Shown: positions 11,101 through 18,901 of the stretch, in pieces
How the letters are laid out: each line of letters begins with the position of its first letter
How positions within the stretch are numbered: position 1 is the first letter of the stretch
Assembly (NCBI GenBank): GCA_016926395.1
Contig: JAFGOT010000010.1
Coordinates: 4,218 to 68,217, forward strand
Length of the DNA stretch: 64,000 bases
Origin: Candidatus Woesearchaeota archaeon
Lineage (GTDB): Archaea > Nanobdellota > Nanobdellia > Woesearchaeales > SKGA01
Direction of reading: 5' to 3'
Position numbers and translations under genes: made by a program
The notes under the pieces: generated by a model
Seen by the model: the letters and a program-made list of their open reading frames with translations, nothing else
Databases searched by the model: none
What the model was told of the DNA's origin: nothing

Positions 11101-11901
11101 TAAATCTCCAGTTACTAATGTTAAATTATCATCTTTGACCTTTACATAAATATCAGCACTTGGAACCATCGAAGGTTGTGATGAAATAGTTTCTAATTTT
11201 GTTTCTCCTGATAGAACAATTACTTCATCTTGTATTTCAGGGCCTTGAAAATCAACATTAATTGGTCCGAAATTCAACTGACCAAATTGTCCTAAATTAT
11301 CTTGTACTATAGCTGTAAAAATGAAGTCGCCACTAACCTTTGGAGGCTTAATTAAAACGGATTTTTCATAAACACATAATCCTTTTTCACCAATCGTTTC
11401 TTTGTAAAAGACATCTTCTTCTGTTGTTACTTCAATCGATTGTATTCCTGCACAATTTTCTGAACCCATAAATGCTTCATCATAAGCAGTTATAGTCAAA
11501 TTCAACTTGTCTCCAACAGGTTCGACAAGAAGTTTTGTTATTACAGGTGCTCTTCCATCAACAATAAATGGCCAAGTAAAAATTTGTGTTAATCCTTGTT
11601 TGAATGTTAAAACATATTCTCCTGCTTCAGTTGTTGTTTTTTCAAATGTGTGATCACATACAAAAAGACCTTCGTCATTTTCTACGCAACTCATTGGATA
11701 ATCTTGATCTCCACGAACAATACTCACTGCCGCATCAGAAACTACGTGAACTTTTGTAATATCCTCTAACCCTCGGATACCTTTTATTCCATTAGTACCA
11801 GTTATATCTACAGTTGTAACAGCGTTAACCATTGAAATCTGCATCAGAAAAATACTTAGAAGCAAAAAAAATAATAATTTTCTCTCTATTCGCACACCCA
11901 T
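8131..11901 (-). CDS. giant secreted surface protein (signal peptide, beta-rich region, hydrophobic patch, long coiled coil, Cys-rich C-terminus)
   Basis: 1,256-aa ORF. Signal-like N-terminus is 'RKLLFFLLLSIFLMQISMVNA'. A heptad-rich segment ('AAIDEAKNDVASAEKDLASSEDGLKKVNEEIEATKKEL ... LDTINRQLERVDQAKK') is followed by a C-terminal domain with many Cys. No family recognised. Confidence 0.65.
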   Translation of the reverse strand: MGVRIERKLLFFLLLSIFLMQISMVNAVTTVDITGTNGIKGIRGLEDITKVHVVSDAAVSIVRGDQDYPMSCVENDEGLFVCDHTFEKTTTEAGEYVLTFKQGLTQIFTWPFIVDGRAPVITKLLVEPVGDKLNLTITAYDEAFMGSENCAGIQSIEVTTEEDVFYKETIGEKGLCVYEKSVLIKPPKVSGDFIFTAIVQDNLGQFGQLNFGPINVDFQGPEIQDEVIVLSGETKLETISSQPSMVPSADIYVKVKDDNLTLVTGDLSSLSRDPELKSQDSSRTARCTKQGLMYECVFEGVQINPGATEVPIKVTATDFKGHVSTKNISAHFAIQTKLSEVTYFGRDAKENCFEGTCYYKGGANKLFMHITSQDVEIKPYLITVSASGLSTLGYIKMASCNDTGDYYTCYGYLPVDKTISSGSRQTVALTTPSTDSLGSPLKGISSSTVIVDQDPPVAKTDLNFSVLCPITGEKAYLTINVTDEVSPIIRISASPEKITTDNFFQNDCQRQGNIFVCKLELSNFVSYAEKEDLAVTVKDLAGNQIEDLTIPIQVCEAETQVPPESLSSITSNPTQKIDKRMMTFMPIRAYLPLDFNFKNQNTEIVDLDTTGCVGTKDLAGRPYFINEHSKQPILVVPIGGREQLLDSSVTINCTIKVYEKRGVVRYTKPELEELVVRMPTFNQELGTIDIATQEKLTDIVGEINDLQDSIDDWHTYLDIIDTICTISNTFNTVFSTISAIETVVYGVAVGFSWVPGVDTMWTNLCSNLFEKLNSLRSKVNPIGSLTKMLGGDSGTASNDKLNVGIDSFLKLGCLVYNCGLCSPEGVLQAVNIVGSYVEQTKSLNDKAAIDEAKNDVASAEKDLASSEDGLKKVNEEIEATKKELASVCGGKPIENCGGDPAKVKTLTDKMTSLQADKEIYDQAVDLQKEELSFAKQRQVEALKGKQETLQEGLNAYGIVDGSGNQVTVENLNSYVASLNAEKSSISKDIQSIKNDVSEIQNIEDGKIKRTAMRENRQSLRKTESQLDTINRQLERVDQAKKYDSLTAEQSAFAQRQQDIQEGGIVERMDPFEDRKFAAGCLCGPGIVYAKEKLKQLNCREYKCIEENAKNGLPITSCEIDFDQGKCVYYDGPMSNEGFWDSFFTKIWQNYFWGEVGDDGYGSGFAIANQVVLTSRKIMCPEEYLPFGLGDNLWGSALDSMSKCSIPSGWRSVTCSLTGAYLTAANYESYFQNPWQPGLRELEGEDFCSGIPLEVEE

Positions 11902-11921
11902 AGGTTAAAAATACAAGAATA

Positions 11922-11938
11922 AGAGTATTTAAAGATTA
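11922..11938 (-). promoter_or_regulatory. archaeal BRE/TATA promoter core for the 8131-11901 operon
   Basis: 'AGAGTATTTAAAGATTA' as written on the + strand; on the minus strand it reads TAATCTTTAAATACTCT. It is centred about 29 nt upstream of the ATG at 11901 and is identical to 18279-18295. Confidence 0.5.
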
Positions 11939-11965
11939 TGTTTATAAACAAAGAACGAAAATTAA

Positions 11966-12511
11966 CTAAAAATCTGCTAGTTCTGCAAATTTAGTGTGTT
12001 TTCGATGTTTTTCAAGCCACTTATACACAGATGCATGTGGACTTCCTGTCAATAAGGATTCTACAGCTTTTTTAGAAATTGCAACATCATCACAAAATCC
12101 AATTATTGTGATTGTTTTTCCATAAACACTTATTGAAGTGTTTGTGAATTCCTCAATTGTTTCTCTTGCCTTCCCGCCTTTTCCTATGACTCGGCCTCTA
12201 AGTCTTAGTTGTTGGTCTTGACTTTTTACAAAATCAGAAAGATTTAACAGTTCTAAAACATAATCTTGTTTGAAAAGTCTCATAGCAATTTCAGGGTTAA
12301 AACCTCTTCCTACAGCTTTTATAATGTCTTTTAGAACGAATAATTGGATTGAATCAGATCCTGAAATAACGATATCTCCTTCTTTTGAGTCTATATTTAT
12401 CTTAGACTTTGTTTGAGATTCAAGTTCCGTTTTGATTTCGCCGTTTTTACCAATTAAAACCGCTATTCTCTCTTTTGGAATCTTTAATTCATAGGAATAT
12501 TCGTCAGCCAT
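11966..12511 (-). CDS. KH-domain RNA-binding protein (aDim2/Pno1-like)
   Basis: 181-aa ORF with two KH GxxG motifs ('LIGKNGEIK', 'VIGKGGKARETIEEF'). It sits immediately downstream of a RIO kinase gene, a common archaeal pairing. Confidence 0.8.
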   Translation of the reverse strand: MADEYSYELKIPKERIAVLIGKNGEIKTELESQTKSKINIDSKEGDIVISGSDSIQLFVLKDIIKAVGRGFNPEIAMRLFKQDYVLELLNLSDFVKSQDQQLRLRGRVIGKGGKARETIEEFTNTSISVYGKTITIIGFCDDVAISKKAVESLLTGSPHASVYKWLEKHRKHTKFAELADF

Positions 12512-12564
12512 TAGATACCAGAAATCAAAGCTCTTTTTTAAAGCTTCCTTTATAAATCAAGATT

Positions 12565-13284
12565 TTAGTTTTCTTCTTTATCAATTATCTTAGAATAAAC
12601 TTCTTCTTGAGATAATTTTACGCCCTGTTTTCTAAAGAATCTACAAATGTTTTCTATGTCTCTTTTTAGCAATTCTTTAGCGTTTGGAGCTTCCTTAGCT
12701 GTTGCTTGGGAAAAATCAATAAAAACAGGTTTTCCGTGTTGCATAAGAATGTTGAATTCAGATAAATCACCATGTATAAGGCCTGTTTTGAATAACTGTT
12801 TCATCATTTCAACTATTTCATCAAATGTTTCTTGAGGGTTTTCAAGATGGGAGTCTTTTAGTTGTGGCGCAGCCTCACCTTCATCATCAATAAACTCTGT
12901 AACAACAATGTTATCTTTGAACGTCATCGGAGTTGGAACACGTATTAGTTCTCTTGCCTTTAGCAAGTTTCTATACTCTCTTTGTGTCCAAGCGAAAATT
13001 ATTCTTCTTTTATCTCCTTTAAGGTTTAAGTATCGAGGGTCTTGAGAGATGTATTCGTACATCTTGTTGAAGTTACAATTTTCTAATCTGTAAATTTTTA
13101 TAGCTATTTGTTCGCCTTCTTTGTTTGTAGCTACAAACACATTGGCTTCTTTTCCAAGCGCCACAGACCCTTTTAATTCTTCAAAATATCCCTGACTAGC
13201 TAAACGTTCAAGATTTCTTAACGTAAATGCATCAAAAACATTACCATATGTTTTCCATGCTTCTCTACTTCTATTTACAACCAT
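12565..13284 (-). CDS. rio1: RIO1-type serine/threonine protein kinase
   Basis: 239-aa ORF with 'VFDAFTLRNLERL', 'LGKEANVFVA', 'AIKIYR', 'IHGDLSEFNIL', 'IDFSQA'. It lacks the Rio2-type N-terminal wHTH extension. Confidence 0.85.
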   Translation of the reverse strand: MVVNRSREAWKTYGNVFDAFTLRNLERLASQGYFEELKGSVALGKEANVFVATNKEGEQIAIKIYRLENCNFNKMYEYISQDPRYLNLKGDKRRIIFAWTQREYRNLLKARELIRVPTPMTFKDNIVVTEFIDDEGEAAPQLKDSHLENPQETFDEIVEMMKQLFKTGLIHGDLSEFNILMQHGKPVFIDFSQATAKEAPNAKELLKRDIENICRFFRKQGVKLSQEEVYSKIIDKEEN

Positions 13285-13438
13285 CTACTAAAGAAAGATA
13301 TCTTTTCCTTTTTAAAACCACTCATCAAAAACAAGGAACAACAAGATTTGAAATGTCGTGGCAAAGCGAAGACACCAAAAAAGAAGTAACATGGCCTCTA
13401 AATAAGTAGCATATAGAAATTACCTTAAATAAATTGAG

Positions 13439-13444
13439 AAAAAA
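13439..13444 (-). terminator. oligo-T termination signal after tRNA-Phe
   Basis: T6 run on the minus strand, beginning 3 nt after the tRNA 3' end. Confidence 0.45.
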
Positions 13445-13446
13445 TG

Positions 13447-13520
13447 TGGGTCGGGGGGGATTTGAACCCCCGACTTCTCCCTCTTCAGGGGAGCGCTCTG
13501 CCGGTCTGAGCTACCAACCC
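13447..13520 (-). tRNA. tRNA-Phe (anticodon GAA), no encoded CCA
   Basis: The reverse complement folds by hand into a 74-nt cloverleaf: GGGTTGG TA GCTC AGACCGGCA GAGC G CTCCC CTGAAGA GGGAG AAGTC GGGGG TTCAAAT CCCCC CCGACCC A. It has a 7-bp acceptor stem (one G-U), 4-bp D stem, 5-bp anticodon stem and 5-bp T stem. Confidence 0.9.
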
Positions 13521-13636
13521 AATAAAAAAAGAGTTGCAGAGCCTAGGTTTCAAGAATCAGAAAGTAGTTTATAAAGATTATTATTATCGGGCGTATCTAA
13601 GCCCTAAAAAAAGAATTTAAAGAATTAATGGAATTT

Positions 13637-15889
13637 TTAGCTACCAATATTTATTGGTATTGCTCCTGCCACTAAGTTAAATACGAGTATTGCTCCTCCT
13701 GCAAGCATAATATATAGTATTGTTGATTTAGTCATTCCTATTCCTAATGCGTTTTCTTTTCCTATTTGATCACCGCCAGTTTCTATTCCGTTTCCTATAA
13801 CAGTTAGGATGTAAGCTAGTTCAACAACATAAAGACCCACTACAATTTGGAAATGATATGTTGGTATTCCAGTTCCAAACATAGATAATAATCCCGCTCC
13901 TCCACCTGCTGCTCCACCTGCAGATAGTTGTTTCATTCCATCACCTAGTATTCCTAAAATTTTTGTGATCATGCTTGTTATTCCAACTACAATTCCTGAA
14001 ATTACAGGTGTTAAGAATTTTACTTGACCTTTCAAACTTCCTATAACATCTCCTAATAAATCTTGTAGTCGCTCGTCAACTCTATGCATTTGTTTGATAT
14101 ATTCGGAAACATTAATTATCGCTTGGCTAGCTACCAGCGGTCCTTTTTTACTTGATTCGACAAGAACTTTCATCGAACTTTCTATTAGGTCCGATGGATA
14201 ATATTGCAAAGCTCCTTTTTCTTTGTCAAATATTGCTTTTTCGACACTCATCCCTAAACGAGTAATGTTAACGTGAACTAACATGAAAAATTTTCCTGAA
14301 ACAGTATCTTGCATCATCGAGGCTACTTTTCCAAATGATGTTTCGGCTGGTATTCCATCACCTATCCTGCTTCCTAATTGGAACAACGCACTAGAAAATT
14401 CAAGTTCTAATTTTTTTGATTGGTCTCTTATTTTCACAATTTTTTGTGATTTCATTTTAAAATAAAGACCCATAAAATAACCTATACTTAGAGGTATAAG
14501 GAGACTAAACATCATCGCTCCAAGACCAAAAGGCCCTACTAAATCTTCAGTTGCATCCCCTCCTTCAGTTCTCACTCGGTAATTTAAGAAATAATATTTT
14601 GCAGTTCCAGGATCTATAAAATCTGCATTGACTAATTTTAAATTTCCTGAAGGCCCCGGTGCTAAAGCATAATCTGGAAGACCTACAGAATACCATATTA
14701 AAGGTATCAATCCGATTAAAAAAACAATTGCTCCTAAAACAAAACAAACAACTATCGGTTTTAGATATAATTCTTGTCCGCCAAAATTTATTGTTATGTT
14801 CTTAAGTTTTTTTAGTTCGGGGTTTTTTTCTGTTATGTCTTGATCTCCACTTCCACCCGGCCTTGTAGATAATATTTTTGATCCTAAATAATAAACCGCA
14901 ATAGGTAATAGAATATTATAGAATGCGAGCAAGTGATACCATCGCATATTATCCATAAAGCTTACTACTAATGGTAATAGTACTAATGTTAATATTGGAA
15001 GAACAACTCCAAGCATGTTAAGTGTTGTTAATGGTGCTTGCAAGTTGTGTGCAAAGTGAATCATTTTTTCATACGTACCATCAAGCATAACAGCTAATGC
15101 TTTGTCAAGACTTCCAAGTCGCCTATCATTACTTGATTCATAAAGAGAAGATTGTATTAAGTGCATACACTCTACAAACTCTTCGTTATTATGACGCCAA
15201 GCATTTAAGTAATCATCAAGAGAATCTTTCACTGAATCAAATTTTTCCGTCTCAACATTCCAAACAATTTTTCTCATGTCAAGTGCTAATGGAGGCCCTA
15301 AATGTTCTGCTGCAAAGTTTATTGCAAGCTCCAAGTTTGATGTGTGTCTCATATATGTTACTACATAAAAAACAGCTAGAACCATTTGGTTTGATGCTTT
15401 CATCTTCCAAGAACCAGCTAAAGTCATTGGTAAACTTTGTAAAGGTATAAGCATTGCAAGCCCGCCAAGTAATGCAAACATTACAAAGAATAAGTTTCCT
15501 TGACCGCCCAAAGCCATAGGAATAATAAAGAAAATAATCATTGCTGCAAAGATTATTGCTAAAGGAATTACAAGTGCAGCACTATATACGCCCGTAGGAG
15601 TTGTGTTTAGATGACAAGTGTTTATAGCTTCTTGAAGTGCTTGCGCTTTTTTTTCATCTGGTCTAAAAGGAATTGTTTTTTCTGCAAAATTACAAATTTT
15701 TTCGTAAACAGTAAAATTTTTTGGCATGTATTGTTTTTTGAATTCTTCATACGCTCTTGTTTGTCCAACTTCTTCACTTGCAAATCCGCCGTTGTTTCCA
15801 GATAACTCTTGTTCTAATCTTTCTTTAAAAAGTTGAGACAATCGTTTATCCGAGATTTGTTCTTCGTCTGGCATTTTTTTATTCTGCAA
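13637..15889 (-). CDS. FlaJ/TadC-like polytopic platform protein (type II secretion system F-domain family)
   Basis: 750-aa ORF with many TM segments. It has two cytoplasmic helical blocks of T2SS-F type, e.g. 'LGSRIGDGIPAETSFGKVA ... RLGMSVEKAIF ... IESSMKVLVESSKKG'. It overlaps the upstream ATPase gene by 11 nt. Confidence 0.65.
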   Translation of the reverse strand: MQNKKMPDEEQISDKRLSQLFKERLEQELSGNNGGFASEEVGQTRAYEEFKKQYMPKNFTVYEKICNFAEKTIPFRPDEKKAQALQEAINTCHLNTTPTGVYSAALVIPLAIIFAAMIIFFIIPMALGGQGNLFFVMFALLGGLAMLIPLQSLPMTLAGSWKMKASNQMVLAVFYVVTYMRHTSNLELAINFAAEHLGPPLALDMRKIVWNVETEKFDSVKDSLDDYLNAWRHNNEEFVECMHLIQSSLYESSNDRRLGSLDKALAVMLDGTYEKMIHFAHNLQAPLTTLNMLGVVLPILTLVLLPLVVSFMDNMRWYHLLAFYNILLPIAVYYLGSKILSTRPGGSGDQDITEKNPELKKLKNITINFGGQELYLKPIVVCFVLGAIVFLIGLIPLIWYSVGLPDYALAPGPSGNLKLVNADFIDPGTAKYYFLNYRVRTEGGDATEDLVGPFGLGAMMFSLLIPLSIGYFMGLYFKMKSQKIVKIRDQSKKLELEFSSALFQLGSRIGDGIPAETSFGKVASMMQDTVSGKFFMLVHVNITRLGMSVEKAIFDKEKGALQYYPSDLIESSMKVLVESSKKGPLVASQAIINVSEYIKQMHRVDERLQDLLGDVIGSLKGQVKFLTPVISGIVVGITSMITKILGILGDGMKQLSAGGAAGGGAGLLSMFGTGIPTYHFQIVVGLYVVELAYILTVIGNGIETGGDQIGKENALGIGMTKSTILYIMLAGGAILVFNLVAGAIPINIGS

Positions 15890-18248
15890 TTTGTTGTTGT
15901 GAATTTTGTTTTAGTTTTATTCTCTTAACTTCTTTTTCAATCCAGTCATTCCATTCAAAATATATCGCTTCGTGATCTTCTTTTCCTGATCGTTTAATTA
16001 CTTTTTCAACTACTTTATGAAATGTGTCGTTTGCTAAGATTACAAATTCTGCTTCCATCAAATCAGGTAACTTTTCTTTCATTGCGATTTCGAATATTCT
16101 TTGTTTTACTTTTGCTCGAAGTTGGATATTATCCCACATCGCATCCCAGTTTCCAGTGTATTCTTTAACTTTCGATGCAATATCTTTTAGTATTTCGCTT
16201 TCTCCGTTTAATAACTCTGGTGTTGGTTCTAAAGTGTCTGTTTTTGCGTTGTATTTCATCAAGTCTACAAAGCCACCTTCTGTTCCGGGATCTTTGTCCC
16301 AGTCTTTTCTTACTTCGGTTATTTGTAGCACTCTTCTCATTTTGTGAAGCCCATCGGCTGATTTTATTGGATTAACAATTATGATTATATCTGTTGCTTT
16401 AAACGAAGTATTTGGCACTCCAATATCATTGACTAATCGGTCATAAATACCATAAGGACTATCACCGTGAATTGTTCCTGCTACAACATTTGCTGCAGCT
16501 CCAACTCTCATTGCTTCATAAAGTGCTTTTGCTTCTCCACTTCTTACTTCTCCAACAATTAAAGCACTATCTCCAAGACGCAAAGTACTTCGTATACCAT
16601 CAGCTGCAGTAAATTCCCCGCCTGATTTTCCAAGTGCACTCGCAACTTTTATTGGTTGAATGTTAAAACCTAATTTTCTCATCGCAGTTCCTGGAAGTTC
16701 AAGCGTGTCTTCAACTGTTATAATTCTATGTCGTCTCATTATCTCAATTAATAGCGATGATAGAAAACTACTTTTACCTGAACTTCTCGTACCACACACA
16801 AGAAAAGTTCTTGTTCCATCTATTAAAAAAGACAATAATCCTGCCCCTAAAGGACTAAGCATTTTGTATTTTAGAAATAAAGGTAATGTCCATGGTTTGT
16901 CTCGATGTCGTCTAAATGAGAATGCTAAACCTGAAGGATCAAGTGGTTTTGTTATCGTACTTGTCCTAATACTTGCACCAGGTAATTCAAGTTCTGTATC
17001 AAGAATTGGATTCGCTTCATCAAGTGGTCGACCAGAAATCATTCTTAATTTTGATGCCCAACTTTCTGTATCACCGATGGTTGGAAAAATATTTGTTATA
17101 CAATCATCATAATCTGCGTGTACAATAAATATAGGCACTTCTCCAGCTGGAGAGTTAACAGATATGTCCTGCATTTTTTCATCTTGAAGAAGAACTTCTA
17201 TCAGTCCAAATCCCACTGTATATCTAACAAGTATTGCTGCTAGTTCTTCTACTTGTTTATCATCTAGCGTTATATTTCTATAGTTTGCTAATTCAACAAG
17301 AAGATCTTTTCCTACATTGTGAAAAACTTCTCTCATTCTTGCAGGGTCGGTGAACTCATCGCTATCCGGTTGATGCTCACTCATTATTTTTCTTGCAGTA
17401 TCAAGTAAGTCATACAACTCTTCAGAAAGTTTAAACTCTGGTGGCATCACATGATATAAATATTGAACCGTATCTGGTCTCTCAAAAATTACAACTTCTG
17501 TATCTCCAATTGTGTAGTTGTCAAGTTCAACTCCATTTTTTGGATATGTTGCCATAAGTTTTGTAAACATAAAATCTGGTTTTATTATTGGAAAGAATAT
17601 TTTTCTGTATGCATCTCTGTTTCCAATTTCGTGTCCTTCAATATATGGTCTTGCTACTAAGAAAAACTTGGTTCCTTCTAAAAGTTCAAGTATGTGGTCG
17701 ATTAATTTTACGTAATGAAGTATTCCTTCTGCTAAGTTTAAATCTAGTTCTTTGTCTGCTGCAATTTGTTCCCTTCGTTTTATTCTTTTCAGTCTTACAA
17801 AACAAGAGATAGGATCTTTTTTTAGTTCTGTAAATAAAACACTGTGAAGTTCGTTGTATTTTGATGCCAGTGTTGATGCTGCAATTGATTGTGCTAGAGA
17901 AGAATAACTAAACAATTCTTTATTTCTAATTAATTTTACATATAATTTTGCAAGTTCTTGAAGAAGGGAAACTTGCGTATAATCATACTCATAATTGTGT
18001 TTTTGTAAGAATACTAATTTTGTGGCGTTTGGATTTTCTATTAGCATATTTATTGCTTCATCCATAGTTACTTCGTCATCTTCAATAGATGGAATTCTAC
18101 CTCTATTTGCGTAATTAACTAGTATAGAAACGTCATCGCCTTCTCGTTCAACTTCATATTGAAGTTTCTTCTTTTTTTCGTCAAACGCCATTAAACCACT
18201 CAAACCCTCTTTTTGTGACTTTCTAGTAATACTGATATAATTTAGCAT
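15879..18248 (-). CDS. FlaI/VirB11/GspE-family secretion ATPase with a long N-terminal extension
   Basis: 789-aa ORF. Walker A is 'GTRSSGKSS'. Other family motifs are 'ITVEDTLEL' and 'ALIVGEVRSGEAKALYEAMRVGAAANVVAGTIHG'. The conserved ATPase core occupies roughly the C-terminal half. Confidence 0.85.
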   Translation of the reverse strand: MLNYISITRKSQKEGLSGLMAFDEKKKKLQYEVEREGDDVSILVNYANRGRIPSIEDDEVTMDEAINMLIENPNATKLVFLQKHNYEYDYTQVSLLQELAKLYVKLIRNKELFSYSSLAQSIAASTLASKYNELHSVLFTELKKDPISCFVRLKRIKRREQIAADKELDLNLAEGILHYVKLIDHILELLEGTKFFLVARPYIEGHEIGNRDAYRKIFFPIIKPDFMFTKLMATYPKNGVELDNYTIGDTEVVIFERPDTVQYLYHVMPPEFKLSEELYDLLDTARKIMSEHQPDSDEFTDPARMREVFHNVGKDLLVELANYRNITLDDKQVEELAAILVRYTVGFGLIEVLLQDEKMQDISVNSPAGEVPIFIVHADYDDCITNIFPTIGDTESWASKLRMISGRPLDEANPILDTELELPGASIRTSTITKPLDPSGLAFSFRRHRDKPWTLPLFLKYKMLSPLGAGLLSFLIDGTRTFLVCGTRSSGKSSFLSSLLIEIMRRHRIITVEDTLELPGTAMRKLGFNIQPIKVASALGKSGGEFTAADGIRSTLRLGDSALIVGEVRSGEAKALYEAMRVGAAANVVAGTIHGDSPYGIYDRLVNDIGVPNTSFKATDIIIIVNPIKSADGLHKMRRVLQITEVRKDWDKDPGTEGGFVDLMKYNAKTDTLEPTPELLNGESEILKDIASKVKEYTGNWDAMWDNIQLRAKVKQRIFEIAMKEKLPDLMEAEFVILANDTFHKVVEKVIKRSGKEDHEAIYFEWNDWIEKEVKRIKLKQNSQQQIAE

Positions 18249-18278
18249 ACCATCTAGTTACATTATATTGATAAAATG

Positions 18279-18295
18279 AGAGTATTTAAAGATTA
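18279..18295 (-). promoter_or_regulatory. archaeal BRE/TATA promoter core for the ATPase/platform operon
   Basis: 'AGAGTATTTAAAGATTA', identical to 11922-11938. Centred about 39 nt upstream of the ATG at 18248. Confidence 0.5.
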
Positions 18296-18315
18296 CTTAA
18301 AAAAAACAAAGGACT

Positions 18316-18795
18316 CTATTTACATGATTTTATTTTTTTAACAAAATCATCAATTTTGTCTTCGTTTTCTCCTTTTCTTACTTCTTTTGTTTTCATTCCA
18401 AGAGTTGCTAGTGGCTTAGCATTTAGCACCTCTTGCATTGCTTCAAAGACTTTTTGATCATTATCCCCGCCACGAGTTTGAAAAAAAGCAACTTTTTTTA
18501 GATTTTTCTTGTTTTGCATAAGAACCGTTCGTATAGCAGGAGTTATTGTTCCTGCCCAGTTTGGAGTTCCTATGATTACAAGTTCATATTTTGAAAAGTC
18601 TTTCTTTAAAGGTTCTATTAAAGTTGTTTTTTTAAGAATTGCATCTCGACCACCAATGATGTAACCAAGAGCACCTCCTCTAGATGTCTTGTCGATTATT
18701 TCTTCAACATCAGCACCTAATTTTTCTGCTAGTTTTTTAGCTAAAAGATTTGTTGTTCCAGAACGTGAATAGTTAATTATTAGTGTTTTTTTCAT
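18316..18795 (-). CDS. flavodoxin-family protein
   Basis: 159-aa ORF. 'KTLIINYSRSGTTNLLAKKLAEKLGA' is a flavodoxin-like phosphate-binding N-terminus, followed by 'VIIGTPNWAGT'. Confidence 0.7.
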   Translation of the reverse strand: MKKTLIINYSRSGTTNLLAKKLAEKLGADVEEIIDKTSRGGALGYIIGGRDAILKKTTLIEPLKKDFSKYELVIIGTPNWAGTITPAIRTVLMQNKKNLKKVAFFQTRGGDNDQKVFEAMQEVLNAKPLATLGMKTKEVRKGENEDKIDDFVKKIKSCK

Positions 18796-18901
18796 AAGGA
18801 CGAAGCAGCAATCTTTAGTTTTTAAGTTTTTGCTTGATGTATTAGAAAAGAATAATTATAAAAAGCCTGTTTGTTTTAGTTTTAATAAGAGGTGAATAAA
18901 C

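Noticed and set aside
8131-11901. Diversity-generating retroelement target (Cys-rich C-terminus of the giant surface protein)
   Set aside because: No reverse transcriptase ORF and no obvious template/variable repeat pair is visible in the window. The idea remains untestable here.
13227-13409. 60-aa plus-strand ORF between rio1 and tRNA-Phe
   Set aside because: It overlaps the rio1 5' end and its promoter region. It has no SD or TATA in the proper position, and its composition is not protein-like.
13447-13520. tRNA-Phe as an integration site for the adjacent accessory island
   Set aside because: There is no integrase, and I could find no second copy of the tRNA 3' half ('GGGGGATTTGAACCCCC' or its complement) in the window. 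Housekeeping rio1 and KH genes separate the tRNA from the island.
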